DNA from: Thermodesulfobacteriota bacterium
GTDB taxonomy: Bacteria > Desulfobacterota > Binatia > UTPRO1
Assembly (NCBI GenBank): GCA_036781285.1
Contig: DAIQBH010000002.1
Coordinates: forward strand, 6,710 to 70,709
DNA: 64,000 nt
Direction of reading: 5' to 3'
The stretch's first letter is position 1, and each line of letters begins with the position of its first letter. Of this stretch, positions 44,264-53,647 are shown in pieces. A program made the translations under genes and the position numbers. The notes beneath the pieces are model-generated. The model saw nothing but the letters and a program-made list of their open reading frames with translations. It was not told the DNA's origin and searched no databases.

Positions 44264-47200
44264 CTACGGGATGCACCCCGTGCAGGCGAGGCACACTTGG
44301 AGCGGGCTACAGCCGATCGCCGGGAGCTCGCATGCCTCACCCGGCTCCAGGTTCAGGTTGCCGCAGACCGGGAAGAACGGAATGCACTGTCCGCAGAGGA
44401 GACAGAGCTCGCCGTCGCCGCACCCGATCGACGGCAGCTCGCAGACCTCGCCGGTCTCGATGTTGAGGTTGCCGCAGACCGGTCCCGGCAGCGCCGGGAC
44501 GCAGGCGTCGCACGTGCCCGGTTGGCAGATCTCGCCGTCGCCGCAGCCGCGGGCCGGGAGCTCGCAGACCTCGGTCGGCTCGATGTTGCCGTTGCCGCAG
44601 ATGAACCCGAGCTCCGGCGGGATCACGTCGGGCGGCGGGAAGCACTGCTGACAGAGGAGACACGTCTGGAGCGGCCCGCAACCGGCCGCCGGCAAGTCGC
44701 AGGCCTCGCCGGGATCGACGGTTCCGTTCCCGCACTGCGGAACCTGCACGGTGCACTGGCAGTTGGTCGCGCCGCAGAGGCCCGGACACGCGGCGTCCTG
44801 GGCGGGCGGCGTACCGCCGACCCCGCCGGGATCGCACTGCTCCCCGGCGCCGATGAAGCCGTCGCCGCAGACCGGCGGACACGTACACTCGGCCGGCGTG
44901 CCCGCGAGCGCGCAGTCGCCCGGACACGCGGCGTCGCTTGCCGGCGGCGTGTTGCCCGGGCCGCCGGGATCGCACTGCTCGCCGAACTCGAGGGCACCGT
45001 TGCCGCACGCCGTGTTGCACGTGCAGTTGGCGAGGCACGCACCGGGACAGTTGGCGTCGGCGGGGCCGTCGCATTCCTCGGCGGCGCGGTTCACGACACC
45101 GTCACCGCAGAGCGCCGCCGTCACCTCGGTCGGGAGCGTGAGCGCCCCCGGTCCGGGGAGACCGGCCGTCTGGTTGATCGCCTGGCCGCTCGTCGCCGGG
45201 ATGCAGAACGCGGCGGCGAGCGTGTTGGTATCCGTGCCCGGCGTGCCGGTCTTCACGATCGGATCCATGAAGCAGCGCTGGTTCTTCGAGACGCAGGGCC
45301 CTTCCCCCGCCGGGCAATCGCTGTCGTTCTGGCAGCCGATCTCCGGCGCGCCGCCGCAGGTCTGGCTGATCGGACCCGCGACGCACTCGCCCTCACCCGA
45401 GCCCTCGCCGACGATCTGCCGGCAGAGCGGCTTGCACGCGCCGGCCGGCGCGCCCGGACACTCGCCGTCACCGGTGCACGCCTGGCCGTCGTTGCTGCCG
45501 CCGTCGCAGGCGCGCTGACACGAGCTCGTCTGCGGCTGACCGTCGCACCAGCACTGCTGGTTGGTCGCCCCGGCACCATCGCAGGTCTGGTTCGTCGGGA
45601 ACGTGACGGTCCCGGTCGTAGCCGGCACGAACGGGATGTCGAGACCGCCGCCGGAAACGTTCAGCGACGAGCTCGGCGGACAGTCGTTCGACGTCGGCCC
45701 GAGCGGCCCGTTGCCGCCGACGCGGCACGCCGGGCTGCCGATGATCCCGGTACACGTCCCGGTGTCGCCGGGGACGCAGTCCGCGAGGTCCGGCTTGCCG
45801 CAATCGCAGATCGGACACGGCGCGCTCACCTGCGAGCCGAGGTGCACGAGCGAGCTGAGCCGGAGATTGATGGCCGCGTCGCCCGTCTGCATGTTGTACG
45901 TCCCCGTCGCGTCGGTCGCGAAGCGGTTGATGATGCACGCCGGCACGCCGCCCGCGGAGAGCGGAAGCGGCGGGCCGAAGGTCTGGATCACGCAGCTACC
46001 GGCGCCGCTGCACTCGTTGTTGTTGGTGCAGGAGCGGCTCGGGTCGGCGGAGCAGAACGACCCGACGTTGCCGAAGAAGTCGCAGAGCACGTCGCTCGAG
46101 CCGTTGCAGCCCGAGAGCTCGCCGGCGATCGTCGATCCCGTCTGCACGGCGGAGTCGTGCGCGGTACCGGTCCATCCGGTGTCGAGATCGGCACCCGGAC
46201 GCACGACGAAGGACAGATTGCCCTGGCCGGGACACGTGCAGCCCTCGGTGCACTGGCCCGGACAGAGGGCGTCGTCGGTGCCGTCGCAGAGCTCGGCCGC
46301 CTGCCGCACGTCGTCGCCGCAGATGGGCGAGCACTGACAATCACCCTGACACGTCCCGGGACATGTGCCGGTGTTCGTGCCGTCGCACTGCTCGCCGGCG
46401 TCGATCGTGCCGTCGCCGCAGAAGGGGCCGCACGTGCAGTCGCCCTGGCACGCCGCCGCCGGGCAGGCCGTCGAGCCGCCGCCGTCGCACTCCTCGCTGC
46501 CTTCGACGATGTCGTTGCCGCACACGGCGCCGCAGGTGCAGTCGCCCTGACAGGCCCCCGGACAGGTCGGCGCGTCGCTGCCGTCGCAGATCTCGCCGGC
46601 TTCCTTGATGCCGTTGCCGCACGTCCCCGCCGGACACTCGCAGGTGCCGAGGCACTGGCCCGGACACGCGGCATCGTCGCCGCCGTCGCACTGCTCGCCG
46701 GCATCTACGACGCCGTTGCCGCAGCCCGCGCACGTGCAATCGGGCTGACAGGCGCCCGGGCATGCCGCATCGGCGCTGCCGTCACATTGCTCGCCCGCGT
46801 TCAGCACGCCGTTCCCGCACTGCGCGCCGCTCCGGAAGATGCGGGTCGGCAGCTCGAGCGCACCGGGCCCCGGCAGACCGGCCACCTGGTTCACGGACTG
46901 ACTCGCCGTCGGCGGGATGCAGAAAGTCGCCGCGACGACCGCCGTCTGCGTCCCAGGCACGCCCGTCCGCGTGATCGAGTCGAGGAAGCACTGGCGAAGG
47001 TTGGCGCCGCAGACCTGGCCGCTCACGCACGCCTCGCAGTTGCCGGTGGGCGGCGGATTGCAGTCCTGGTCGTTCAGGCACCCGCGGAAGGTCTCGATGC
47101 TGCAATTGTTGTCGATCGGACCCGCCTCGCAGATCCCTTCCTGCGGGCCGTCGGCCGGGTTCGGCGTGCAGACCGTGTCGACGCAGCCGTTCGCCGCGGT

Positions 47201-49318
47201 CGGCTGTCCGGGTCGATTGCAGAAGCCGCTCGGGCACTGCGACGCCGTCGAGCACGTCGCGCCCGCGTTCGTACCACCGATGCACCGCCGACCGCCGCAG
47301 ACGATGCCCGGCGAGCAGTCGGCGTTCGTATTGCAGGGCGCCGCGGCCGCATCCGCGCACGTGTCGCAGAAGCAATTCCCGCCGTTGCCGTTGGTGCACG
47401 GACGGTTCTTGGTGAGGGTCGTCGACCCCGTGGTCGCGGGATCGAACGCGATGCTGAGCACGCCGATGCTGGTCGCCGACGACGGCAGGCAGTCCATGCT
47501 GAGCTCGCCGAAGAACGTGCTCGAGCCGCCGACGTCGCAGCTCTGGCCGTTCCGGACGCCGCCGCTACAGGTGCCGCTCTTCACGCCGTCGCGCGCCGTC
47601 GCGTCGTTGTCGCACGTTGGACACGGCTGCTGCACGGCGAGCCCGTTGAAGACGCCCGAGCTGAGATCGATCGTCACCGCGCCCTCACCGGCGTGCGGGC
47701 CGCTGTCGGCGATGTTGGCCGTGCCGCTCACGGCGCCGGTCAGGCGGTTGACGACGCAGACCGGCACGCCGCCCGACGAGATCGGGAGCGGCGGTCCGAG
47801 GAAGCACTCGCACGTCTCGGGATTGCTGCACCCGCTCGGCACCTCGGGGTCGCACGTCGCGAGCGAGCTGCCGTCGGGCGACGCGACGTTGAAGCAGGCG
47901 CAGTTCTTCGCGGGCCCGGGGAACGAGACGGGACCCGTCAACTGACATTGCCCGCAGGTCGGCGAGCTCGGGTTGGTGTCGCAGGCGTCGAGCCGCGCGA
48001 CGGCGACGAGCGCGTCGTCGACCGTGCTCGTGTCGTGGGCGACGCCGGTCCAACCGGTATCGAGCTCCGAGCCCGGGCGGGAGACGAAGCTCACGACCTC
48101 GGGAAGCGAGGCCGGGAGGGTACACGCCTCGGGACACTCGCAGAGCGGCGAGCACTGGCCCGGACACGCGGTCGCGTCGCTGCCGTCGCATTCCTCGCCG
48201 CCATCGATCGTATTGTTGCCGCAGCCGGGTGCCGGCGTCGCCGTAGCGGTCGGCGCGGCCGGCGTCGGCGTGCCGCCTTGCGGCGTCGCGGTCGCCGTTG
48301 CTCCGCCACCACCGGACGTCGCGGTCGCTGTCACCGTGGCCGTCGCGCCCGGACCGGGCGTCGGCGTAACCGTCGGCGCGGGACCCGCGCCGTTGCACTG
48401 CGCGGGATACGTCGTCGCTGCCGGCGCGGCCGCCGCCGCGGTGCAGGCGCTCTGGAACTCGGTGACGCAGGCGAGGCACTCGACCGCCGCCGCCATGTCG
48501 TCGATCGCGCCGCCACACGCGCCGCCGCCCGGCACGGTGACATCCGGACACGACGCGCCGAAGCCGACCGCCGCGGGTGCGACGTCGTTCCCGCCGCCGC
48601 AGAGCCGATCGGGACCGCCGCAGCGCTGACAGACCTTCGCGGCGAACTTGCTGCGCGCGCGCGCCACGCCCGCGAGCGCGGTCGCGTCGGGACAGCTGCC
48701 GCCGCCGCCCTTCAGCACGCGGTCGATGCACTTCCCGTGCGCCTTCGCCTCGGCGCGGACGACCTTCGCGAGGCTCTTGGCGATCTCACGCTGGCAGCCG
48801 AGCGCTTCCGCGTTCGGAGCCGGCGCACCGGTCGAGAGATCGATCGCCTGATCGATCGCCGACTGGTCGATGCATGAGACGCAATCCGCGACGTCGTCAC
48901 AATTGGCGAGCGTGCCGTTGCACGTCCCGCTCTGGATGTTCGGGCAGCTGCCACCGAAGCCGAGCGACGCGAGCGTGTCGTCGTCGCCGCCCGTGCCGCA
49001 GCTGCGATCGCCGCCGCCGCACTTCTGGTCGATGGCGCTCCGCAGCTTGGTGGAGGCCTTCGTGATCTGGGAGGCGGCCTTCGCATCGGGACACGGGCCC
49101 GCGATCTTCCCGGTGAGGATCTGATCCTCGCAGCGGGCGAGCGCCTTGATCTTCGCCTGGACGAACTTCGACGACTGACGCGCGATCTCGCGCCGACACT
49201 TGATGGTTTCGGCTTCCGCCGGCGCGGAGGCCGCAAAGACCAGACCGATTGCGCACGAGACCATCAGCGCGGTCCAGCGGTTTCGGGATCCGGAGCGGGA
49301 GCGAGCGTCGAGCGTCAT
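44264..49318 (-). CDS. Giant secreted cysteine-rich repeat protein (about 1684 aa) with Myxococcus-type Cys-rich repeats (DUF4215/TIGR02232-like) and an internally duplicated module
   Basis: Start taken as the second ATG (MTLDA...), 6 nt after AAGGAGG. Signal peptide. About 14% Cys. Three arrays of CG[ND]G-x5-GE-x-CD...CPG.C...C.C repeats. Thr/Pro-rich linker. Two paralogous about 400-aa modules. Confidence 0.8.
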   Translation of the reverse strand: MTLDARSRSGSRNRWTALMVSCAIGLVFAASAPAEAETIKCRREIARQSSKFVQAKIKALARCEDQILTGKIAGPCPDAKAASQITKASTKLRSAIDQKCGGGDRSCGTGGDDDTLASLGFGGSCPNIQSGTCNGTLANCDDVADCVSCIDQSAIDQAIDLSTGAPAPNAEALGCQREIAKSLAKVVRAEAKAHGKCIDRVLKGGGGSCPDATALAGVARARSKFAAKVCQRCGGPDRLCGGGNDVAPAAVGFGASCPDVTVPGGGACGGAIDDMAAAVECLACVTEFQSACTAAAAAPAATTYPAQCNGAGPAPTVTPTPGPGATATVTATATSGGGGATATATPQGGTPTPAAPTATATPAPGCGNNTIDGGEECDGSDATACPGQCSPLCECPEACTLPASLPEVVSFVSRPGSELDTGWTGVAHDTSTVDDALVAVARLDACDTNPSSPTCGQCQLTGPVSFPGPAKNCACFNVASPDGSSLATCDPEVPSGCSNPETCECFLGPPLPISSGGVPVCVVNRLTGAVSGTANIADSGPHAGEGAVTIDLSSGVFNGLAVQQPCPTCDNDATARDGVKSGTCSGGVRNGQSCDVGGSSTFFGELSMDCLPSSATSIGVLSIAFDPATTGSTTLTKNRPCTNGNGGNCFCDTCADAAAAPCNTNADCSPGIVCGGRRCIGGTNAGATCSTASQCPSGFCNRPGQPTAANGCVDTVCTPNPADGPQEGICEAGPIDNNCSIETFRGCLNDQDCNPPPTGNCEACVSGQVCGANLRQCFLDSITRTGVPGTQTAVVAATFCIPPTASQSVNQVAGLPGPGALELPTRIFRSGAQCGNGVLNAGEQCDGSADAACPGACQPDCTCAGCGNGVVDAGEQCDGGDDAACPGQCLGTCECPAGTCGNGIKEAGEICDGSDAPTCPGACQGDCTCGAVCGNDIVEGSEECDGGGSTACPAAACQGDCTCGPFCGDGTIDAGEQCDGTNTGTCPGTCQGDCQCSPICGDDVRQAAELCDGTDDALCPGQCTEGCTCPGQGNLSFVVRPGADLDTGWTGTAHDSAVQTGSTIAGELSGCNGSSDVLCDFFGNVGSFCSADPSRSCTNNNECSGAGSCVIQTFGPPLPLSAGGVPACIINRFATDATGTYNMQTGDAAINLRLSSLVHLGSQVSAPCPICDCGKPDLADCVPGDTGTCTGIIGSPACRVGGNGPLGPTSNDCPPSSSLNVSGGGLDIPFVPATTGTVTFPTNQTCDGAGATNQQCWCDGQPQTSSCQRACDGGSNDGQACTGDGECPGAPAGACKPLCRQIVGEGSGEGECVAGPISQTCGGAPEIGCQNDSDCPAGEGPCVSKNQRCFMDPIVKTGTPGTDTNTLAAAFCIPATSGQAINQTAGLPGPGALTLPTEVTAALCGDGVVNRAAEECDGPADANCPGACLANCTCNTACGNGALEFGEQCDPGGPGNTPPASDAACPGDCALAGTPAECTCPPVCGDGFIGAGEQCDPGGVGGTPPAQDAACPGLCGATNCQCTVQVPQCGNGTVDPGEACDLPAAGCGPLQTCLLCQQCFPPPDVIPPELGFICGNGNIEPTEVCELPARGCGDGEICQPGTCDACVPALPGPVCGNLNIETGEVCELPSIGCGDGELCLLCGQCIPFFPVCGNLNLEPGEACELPAIGCSPLQVCLACTGCIP
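44267..45109 (-). repeat. C-terminal array of seven degenerate Myxococcus-type Cys repeats (coding)
   Basis: CGDGVVNRAAEECDG, CGNGALEFGEQCDPG, CGDGFIGAGEQCDPG, CGNGTVDPGEACDLP, CGNGNIEPTEVCELP, CGNLNIETGEVCELP, CGNLNLEPGEACELP. Confidence 0.7.
46226..46822 (-). repeat. Central array of six tandem Myxococcus-type Cys repeats (coding)
   Basis: CGNGVLNAGEQCDGS, CGNGVVDAGEQCDGG, CGNGIKEAGEICDGS, CGNDIVEGSEECDGG, CGDGTIDAGEQCDGT, CGDDVRQAAELCDGT, each followed by ACPG.C.GDC.C. Confidence 0.75.
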
Positions 49319-49426
49319 GTACATCCTCCTTCAAGGGGGTGGGTCGCGCGCGAATCACTGCACGGCACTCGTTCGCGACCGCGCCGAATGTACGAGAGCG
49401 CCAAAAGTCCACCAATCACGGAATCC

Positions 49427-49442
49427 TGCGAGGGATGTGCCC
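49427..49442 (-). promoter_or_regulatory. Candidate sigma-54 (-24/-12) promoter for the giant Cys-rich gene
   Basis: The minus strand reads GGGCAC-ATCCC-TCGCA against the consensus TGGCAC-N5-TTGCA. GG and GC are correctly spaced. It lies about 105 nt upstream of the start codon, with a bEBP gene immediately downstream of the target gene. Confidence 0.35.
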
Positions 49443-49509
49443 GAAACGAGGGATGCGGCAGCCCGATTTTCGGGGAGCGCGGAGCCCGTGCGACCTGCGG
49501 AGAAGATCT

Positions 49510-51087
49510 CTAACGAGTCGCCGCTGGCCGGCGCCATAGACGGCGCGCGGCAAAGAGCACACGGCTTGCGAGCGAGCTCGGCGCCTCGGTCGGAAAGAGA
49601 CGGGGCAGCAGCAGAAAGAGCCGACGCCGGCCCGCCAAGCGAATGCGCCGTGCGAGAAGGCCCCACACGGGGTTCGCCTCGCCGCGATGGATCGCGAGGA
49701 AGTACGTGGCCGGCATGCGCACGACGAGATCCGCGTCGGCGACCGCGCCCGGCCGCACCTCGCAGCGGCCTCCGGCGATGCGCATCACCCAGTCCCCACC
49801 CCCCGCGCCCTCGAGCCGGAACTGCGTCGTGAACGCGAGCCCGGCTGCCTCGTCGGCGCGGAAGTACTGCGGCATCCATCGCATCATCGCGTCGACGTTC
49901 TGGGTACGGATGCGCCGGAGCGACACGAGTCGCGTTCCCGCCGCCGACTGCCCGGCGCGATCGACCGGCGTCCGCCATTCACCGGGAGGCACGTTCAATC
50001 GCTCGCGCGTCCCCGGCGTGTCGATCACGAACTGCGCGTCTTCGACGCCGCGCGTGTAGGTGAGCGGCTTCAACGTCTCGTCGAGGTACCGGCGGCGCAC
50101 GTCGCGCTCGCCGTGGAAGGCGGTCTCGATCTCCGCGGGACAGGTCGCGACGCAGTTGAAGCAGCGGTACTCGACCTTGAACGCTATCGCCTGCCAGAGC
50201 GCGGCGATCTCGTTGTCGGCCCAGCGCTTCCGGAACCGCTTCGGCTTCGCCTCCGCGAGATCCTGCACGAGGTCGAGGAAGCCGGGGATCGAGTCGCGGT
50301 AGGTGTGGTTGTAGCAGGCGAAGAAGTCGAAGTTGCCGTCGGGCTTGATCGCGTCGGTCGGACACGACGCGATGCAGAGGTTGCACTGGACGCACGGGTT
50401 CCAGTCGAGGCGGCCGTCGTACGCGTCGAGCTCGAGGTTGGTGACGACCGTGTCGATCAGGCAGTAGGCGCCGAACTTCCGGTGCAGGAAGTTCCGGCTC
50501 GTGCCGATCACGCCGAGGCCCGCGGCGTGCGCGACGAGCTTGTGGCTGAGCGGCCAGATCTTGTCGGCCCAGCGCTGCCCGACCTCCATCGGCCAGCCGA
50601 TCGTCGTCGTGAGCCCTTCCCCGCCGAGGCTGTTGACGTACTTCACCGTTTTCCGGCCCATCTCCCAGAGCCGCTCCTCGCAGCGGTAGAGCTCGTTGTT
50701 CGCCGACGGCAGGTAGCGCGACTGCATCGCCGCCTTGTTCTCCTCGGCGATGAGGCAGACGAGCGAGCGCGCGTGCGGATAGACGTACCGGATCTCGGCA
50801 CGCTCGTGGTCGAGCGCGGGATCGTCGATCGAGATCACGCCGACGTCGTCGCACCAGGTCGCGACCTCGGCCTTGAAGGTCGCGAGATCGACGGGCGCGC
50901 GCACGCCGCGCGGGACGATCGGGTCGTCGGCGAGCGGCCGGTAGGGCCAGCGATGCGCCGGCAGGATGGGGACGTCGTCCGGGCGTCGCGTGCGGCTCTT
51001 GCCGGGCGGCGGGAAGGGGAACGGCCAATCACTCGCGCTGCTCGGAGCCATTCCAGGCGGTTCCGGAACACTGTTCACCTTGCTCAT
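49510..51087 (-). CDS. QueG-family (epoxyqueuosine-reductase-like) 4Fe-4S protein fused to a C-terminal SCP2 sterol-carrier-like domain
   Basis: GLGVIGTSRNFLHRKFGAYCLIDTVVTNLEL is the QueG-type motif. Two ferredoxin-type clusters (CVQCNLCIASCP and CFNCVATCP). SCP2-like C-terminus (VMRIAGGRCEVRPG...YFLAIHRGEANP). SD GAGGTG. Confidence 0.65.
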   Translation of the reverse strand: MSKVNSVPEPPGMAPSSASDWPFPFPPPGKSRTRRPDDVPILPAHRWPYRPLADDPIVPRGVRAPVDLATFKAEVATWCDDVGVISIDDPALDHERAEIRYVYPHARSLVCLIAEENKAAMQSRYLPSANNELYRCEERLWEMGRKTVKYVNSLGGEGLTTTIGWPMEVGQRWADKIWPLSHKLVAHAAGLGVIGTSRNFLHRKFGAYCLIDTVVTNLELDAYDGRLDWNPCVQCNLCIASCPTDAIKPDGNFDFFACYNHTYRDSIPGFLDLVQDLAEAKPKRFRKRWADNEIAALWQAIAFKVEYRCFNCVATCPAEIETAFHGERDVRRRYLDETLKPLTYTRGVEDAQFVIDTPGTRERLNVPPGEWRTPVDRAGQSAAGTRLVSLRRIRTQNVDAMMRWMPQYFRADEAAGLAFTTQFRLEGAGGGDWVMRIAGGRCEVRPGAVADADLVVRMPATYFLAIHRGEANPVWGLLARRIRLAGRRRLFLLLPRLFPTEAPSSLASRVLFAARRLWRRPAATR

Positions 51088-51091
51088 GGTT

Positions 51092-51721
51092 TCACCTCGC
51101 CGGCGTCAGCCAGGCCCGAATCGCGTCGAAGACACCCTCCAGCACCGCAACCTGCTCCTCGTACGTCGACTGCACGAGCAGTCCCGACACCGCGAGCGCC
51201 GTGACGCCGTGCACCTGGGTCCAGAGCGCGGTCGTCACCGTCATCGGGTCGAGATCGCGCCGGATCTCGCCCGCCCCCATGCCGCTCGTGACCGCGTCGC
51301 GCAGCATCATGAGCGTGAAGAGCTCGTGCTGCACGACCTCGCGGCGCGGCGCGTCCGCGCCGGACCCGAGAAACATGAGCGCGTAATATTGCCGGTTTTC
51401 CATGCCGAACCGGTGGTAGGCCCGGCCCATCTCGCGCAAGCGCTCCAACGCCGGCAAGGTCGTGTCGACGGCGCGGAGGTAGTCGGCGAGCTTCGCGTGG
51501 CCTTCCATGCGGAGCGCGTGGAGGACGTCGTCGATGCCGCGATAGTGGAGATAGAGCGCGGTCGGGCTCACGCCGACGGCGCTCGCGATCCTCCGCGCGG
51601 AAACGCCGTCCGATCCGTGCGTGAAGTAGAGCCGGCGCGCGGCGTCGAGGATGCGCCGCGCGAGGCGAGGAGCGTTCGGCGAGCGGGGAGGCGCCGTCTT
51701 TCGGCGTCGGGCAGTTAACAT
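51092..51721 (-). CDS. TetR-family transcriptional regulator
   Basis: N-terminal HTH (ARRILDAARRLYFTHGSDGVSARRIASAVGVSPTALYLHY) and a helical C-terminal ligand domain. Its stop is 4 nt from the next start. Confidence 0.85.
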   Translation of the reverse strand: MLTARRRKTAPPRSPNAPRLARRILDAARRLYFTHGSDGVSARRIASAVGVSPTALYLHYRGIDDVLHALRMEGHAKLADYLRAVDTTLPALERLREMGRAYHRFGMENRQYYALMFLGSGADAPRREVVQHELFTLMMLRDAVTSGMGAGEIRRDLDPMTVTTALWTQVHGVTALAVSGLLVQSTYEEQVAVLEGVFDAIRAWLTPAR

Positions 51722-51937
51722 CGTTAACCGCTATTGGCGATCCGCGCTCGCCAGTCAACCAGCCGCGACTTCGACGCCGGCGGCGGGCGCGACCGGCAGG
51801 GTTGCCGCCGCGTCGGGCGGCAACGCCCGACGGCCATCGCGCCCGCTACGCCACGGCGCAAATCGTCTGTCGCCACGAAGATTTATCGTTGACTACGCCG
51901 GCTTCCCGGCTCATAGCCGGACGAGGAGGATCACGTC

Positions 51938-52828
51938 ATGAAGCGTCTCACCAAGCTCCTACTCCTCGCCGTCGCCGCGTGCGTCCTCGCCGCGGCTCCC
52001 GCGGCCTTCGCCGGCGCGCGCCCCTGCGTGCGCGAAGCCAAGCAGGACGCCAAGGACTGCACCGCCGCCTGCAAGGAAACCCTCCAGGCCGCCAAGGACA
52101 CGTGCCTCAACCGCGATCACGCCTGCGTCGAGGTCTGCCGGGCGAACCGCTCGCAATGCCGCCTCGACAGCGGCATCGACGCCGCGATCGACGCCTGCAA
52201 CGACATCCTCGACGCGGCTCGCGCGCAATGCCGCGCCGACCACCCGCCCGACACGGCCGCGCGCGACGCGTGCATCGACGCCGCGCAGGTCGACGCCTTC
52301 GAGTGCCGCGACGCCGCCCGCGAGCTCGCCCGCCCGCTGCTGAAACAGTGCCGCAAGGAGTTCCGCGCCTGCGCCAAGGCGTGCCCGCCGCCGGGTCCGG
52401 CGGCGCCGACGCTCGATCCGAAGGGCTGCATGCGCGACGCCAACGCCGCCGCCAAGGTCTGCACCGCGACCTGCAAGGAGGAGTTCCAGGTCGCGAAGGA
52501 CGACTGCCGCAATCGCGACCACGAGTGCATGGAGCAGTGTCGCGCCGACCGCGCGGCGTGCCGCGAGCCGGTGCGGGCGATCCTGAACGCCGACCTCGCC
52601 GACTGCGCCACCGATCGCGCGACCGGCGTCGGCGAGTGCGACACGCAATTCCCCGCGCCACGCGACGAGACGGCCGCCATCGCCTTCGATCAATGCGTCG
52701 ACGGCGTCCAGGTCGAAGCGTTCGTCTGCCGCGACGACGCGCACGAGAACGCGCGTCCCGGCTTCCTCGTCTGCAAGCAGAACTTCCGGAGCTGCGTGGA
52801 CACCAACTGTCCGGCGCAGCCTCAGTAG
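51938..52828 (+). CDS. Secreted cysteine-rich protein built from a duplicated about 130-aa, 12-Cys, helical module
   Basis: Signal peptide MKRLTKLLLLAVAACVLAAAPAAFA. Repeat 1 CVREAKQDAKDCTAACKETLQAAKDTCLNRDHACVEVCRANRSQCR aligns with repeat 2 CMRDANAAAKVCTATCKEEFQVAKDDCRNRDHECMEQCRADRAACR. 24 Cys in total. GAGGAGG RBS. Confidence 0.7.
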   Translation: MKRLTKLLLLAVAACVLAAAPAAFAGARPCVREAKQDAKDCTAACKETLQAAKDTCLNRDHACVEVCRANRSQCRLDSGIDAAIDACNDILDAARAQCRADHPPDTAARDACIDAAQVDAFECRDAARELARPLLKQCRKEFRACAKACPPPGPAAPTLDPKGCMRDANAAAKVCTATCKEEFQVAKDDCRNRDHECMEQCRADRAACREPVRAILNADLADCATDRATGVGECDTQFPAPRDETAAIAFDQCVDGVQVEAFVCRDDAHENARPGFLVCKQNFRSCVDTNCPAQPQ

Positions 52829-52909
52829 GAGGTTCCGAAGACTTCCAGCTCCGTCGTGGGAGGCGTGGGCGTCCGGGGGCAGCGGCCCCGGACGCCCACG
52901 TGGTCTTCG

Positions 52910-53593
52910 TCAGTCCGCCGGCGGCTCGGCGGGCTGGATGCACTCGGGGCCGTCGTTCTTCGGCGTGTTCACGAGCCGCGACACCGGGTACGCCTCCATC
53001 TCGTCCTCCGCATACGGGCGCAGGATGGTCGCGAGCGCGCGCGCGTCAGCGTCGGCCGCGAGCCAGCCCTCGCGCGCGGTCGGCGGTACGATGACGGGCA
53101 TGCGGTCGTGGATCGGCGCGACGAGCCCGTTCGCCCGACACGTCACGATCGCGCACGACACGAGCGGGTCACCTTCCTTCGGCTTCCAGCGGTCCCACAC
53201 GCCCGCGAACACGAACGGCCGCCGCGAGCGCAGGCGGAAGTACATCGGGAAGCGCTCGGTGCCGATCCGACGCCATTCGTAGAAGCCGTCCGCGACGACG
53301 AGACAGCGCCGGCGCTGGAACGGCTCGCGAAACGTCCGGTTCGTCGCGAGCGTCTCGGCGCGGGCATTGATCGCGCGGGGCCCGGACTTCGCGTCCTCGG
53401 CGAACCAGGGGACGAGTCCCCATTTCATCCAGCCCGCCCTCGGCGCGTCGTCCTTGCCGCGCGCGACGACGAGCACGCTCTCGCTCGGGCACACGTTGAA
53501 GCGCGGCCCCTCGGCGAGCATGGGATCGACGTCGACGCCGAGCTCCTCGGCGATCGCCCGCGGCGGGCTCGAGCGCGTGAAGCGACCGCACAT
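52910..53593 (-). CDS. SOS-response-associated peptidase (SRAP, YedK/HMCES family), abasic-site DNA-protein crosslinking protein
   Basis: ATG at 53593 gives MCGRF... with the Cys2 nucleophile and the conserved WNARAET-like (INARAETL) and HDRMPVI motifs. The upstream part of the long ORF is an antisense shadow of the divergent gene. Confidence 0.85.
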   Translation of the reverse strand: MCGRFTRSSPPRAIAEELGVDVDPMLAEGPRFNVCPSESVLVVARGKDDAPRAGWMKWGLVPWFAEDAKSGPRAINARAETLATNRTFREPFQRRRCLVVADGFYEWRRIGTERFPMYFRLRSRRPFVFAGVWDRWKPKEGDPLVSCAIVTCRANGLVAPIHDRMPVIVPPTAREGWLAADADARALATILRPYAEDEMEAYPVSRLVNTPKNDGPECIQPAEPPAD

Positions 53594-53647
53594 GCGAACA
53601 CGTCTACCGCGTCCGACCGTTGCTTGACACTGCGCGAGCATCCGACG

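Noticed and set aside
51716-51733. gttaacatcgttaac direct pair of GTTAAC palindromes at the TetR start codon as an autoregulatory operator
   Set aside because: Overlaps codons 1-3 of the TetR gene and is short. It could be coincidental, and no second half-site arrangement typical of TetR operators was found.
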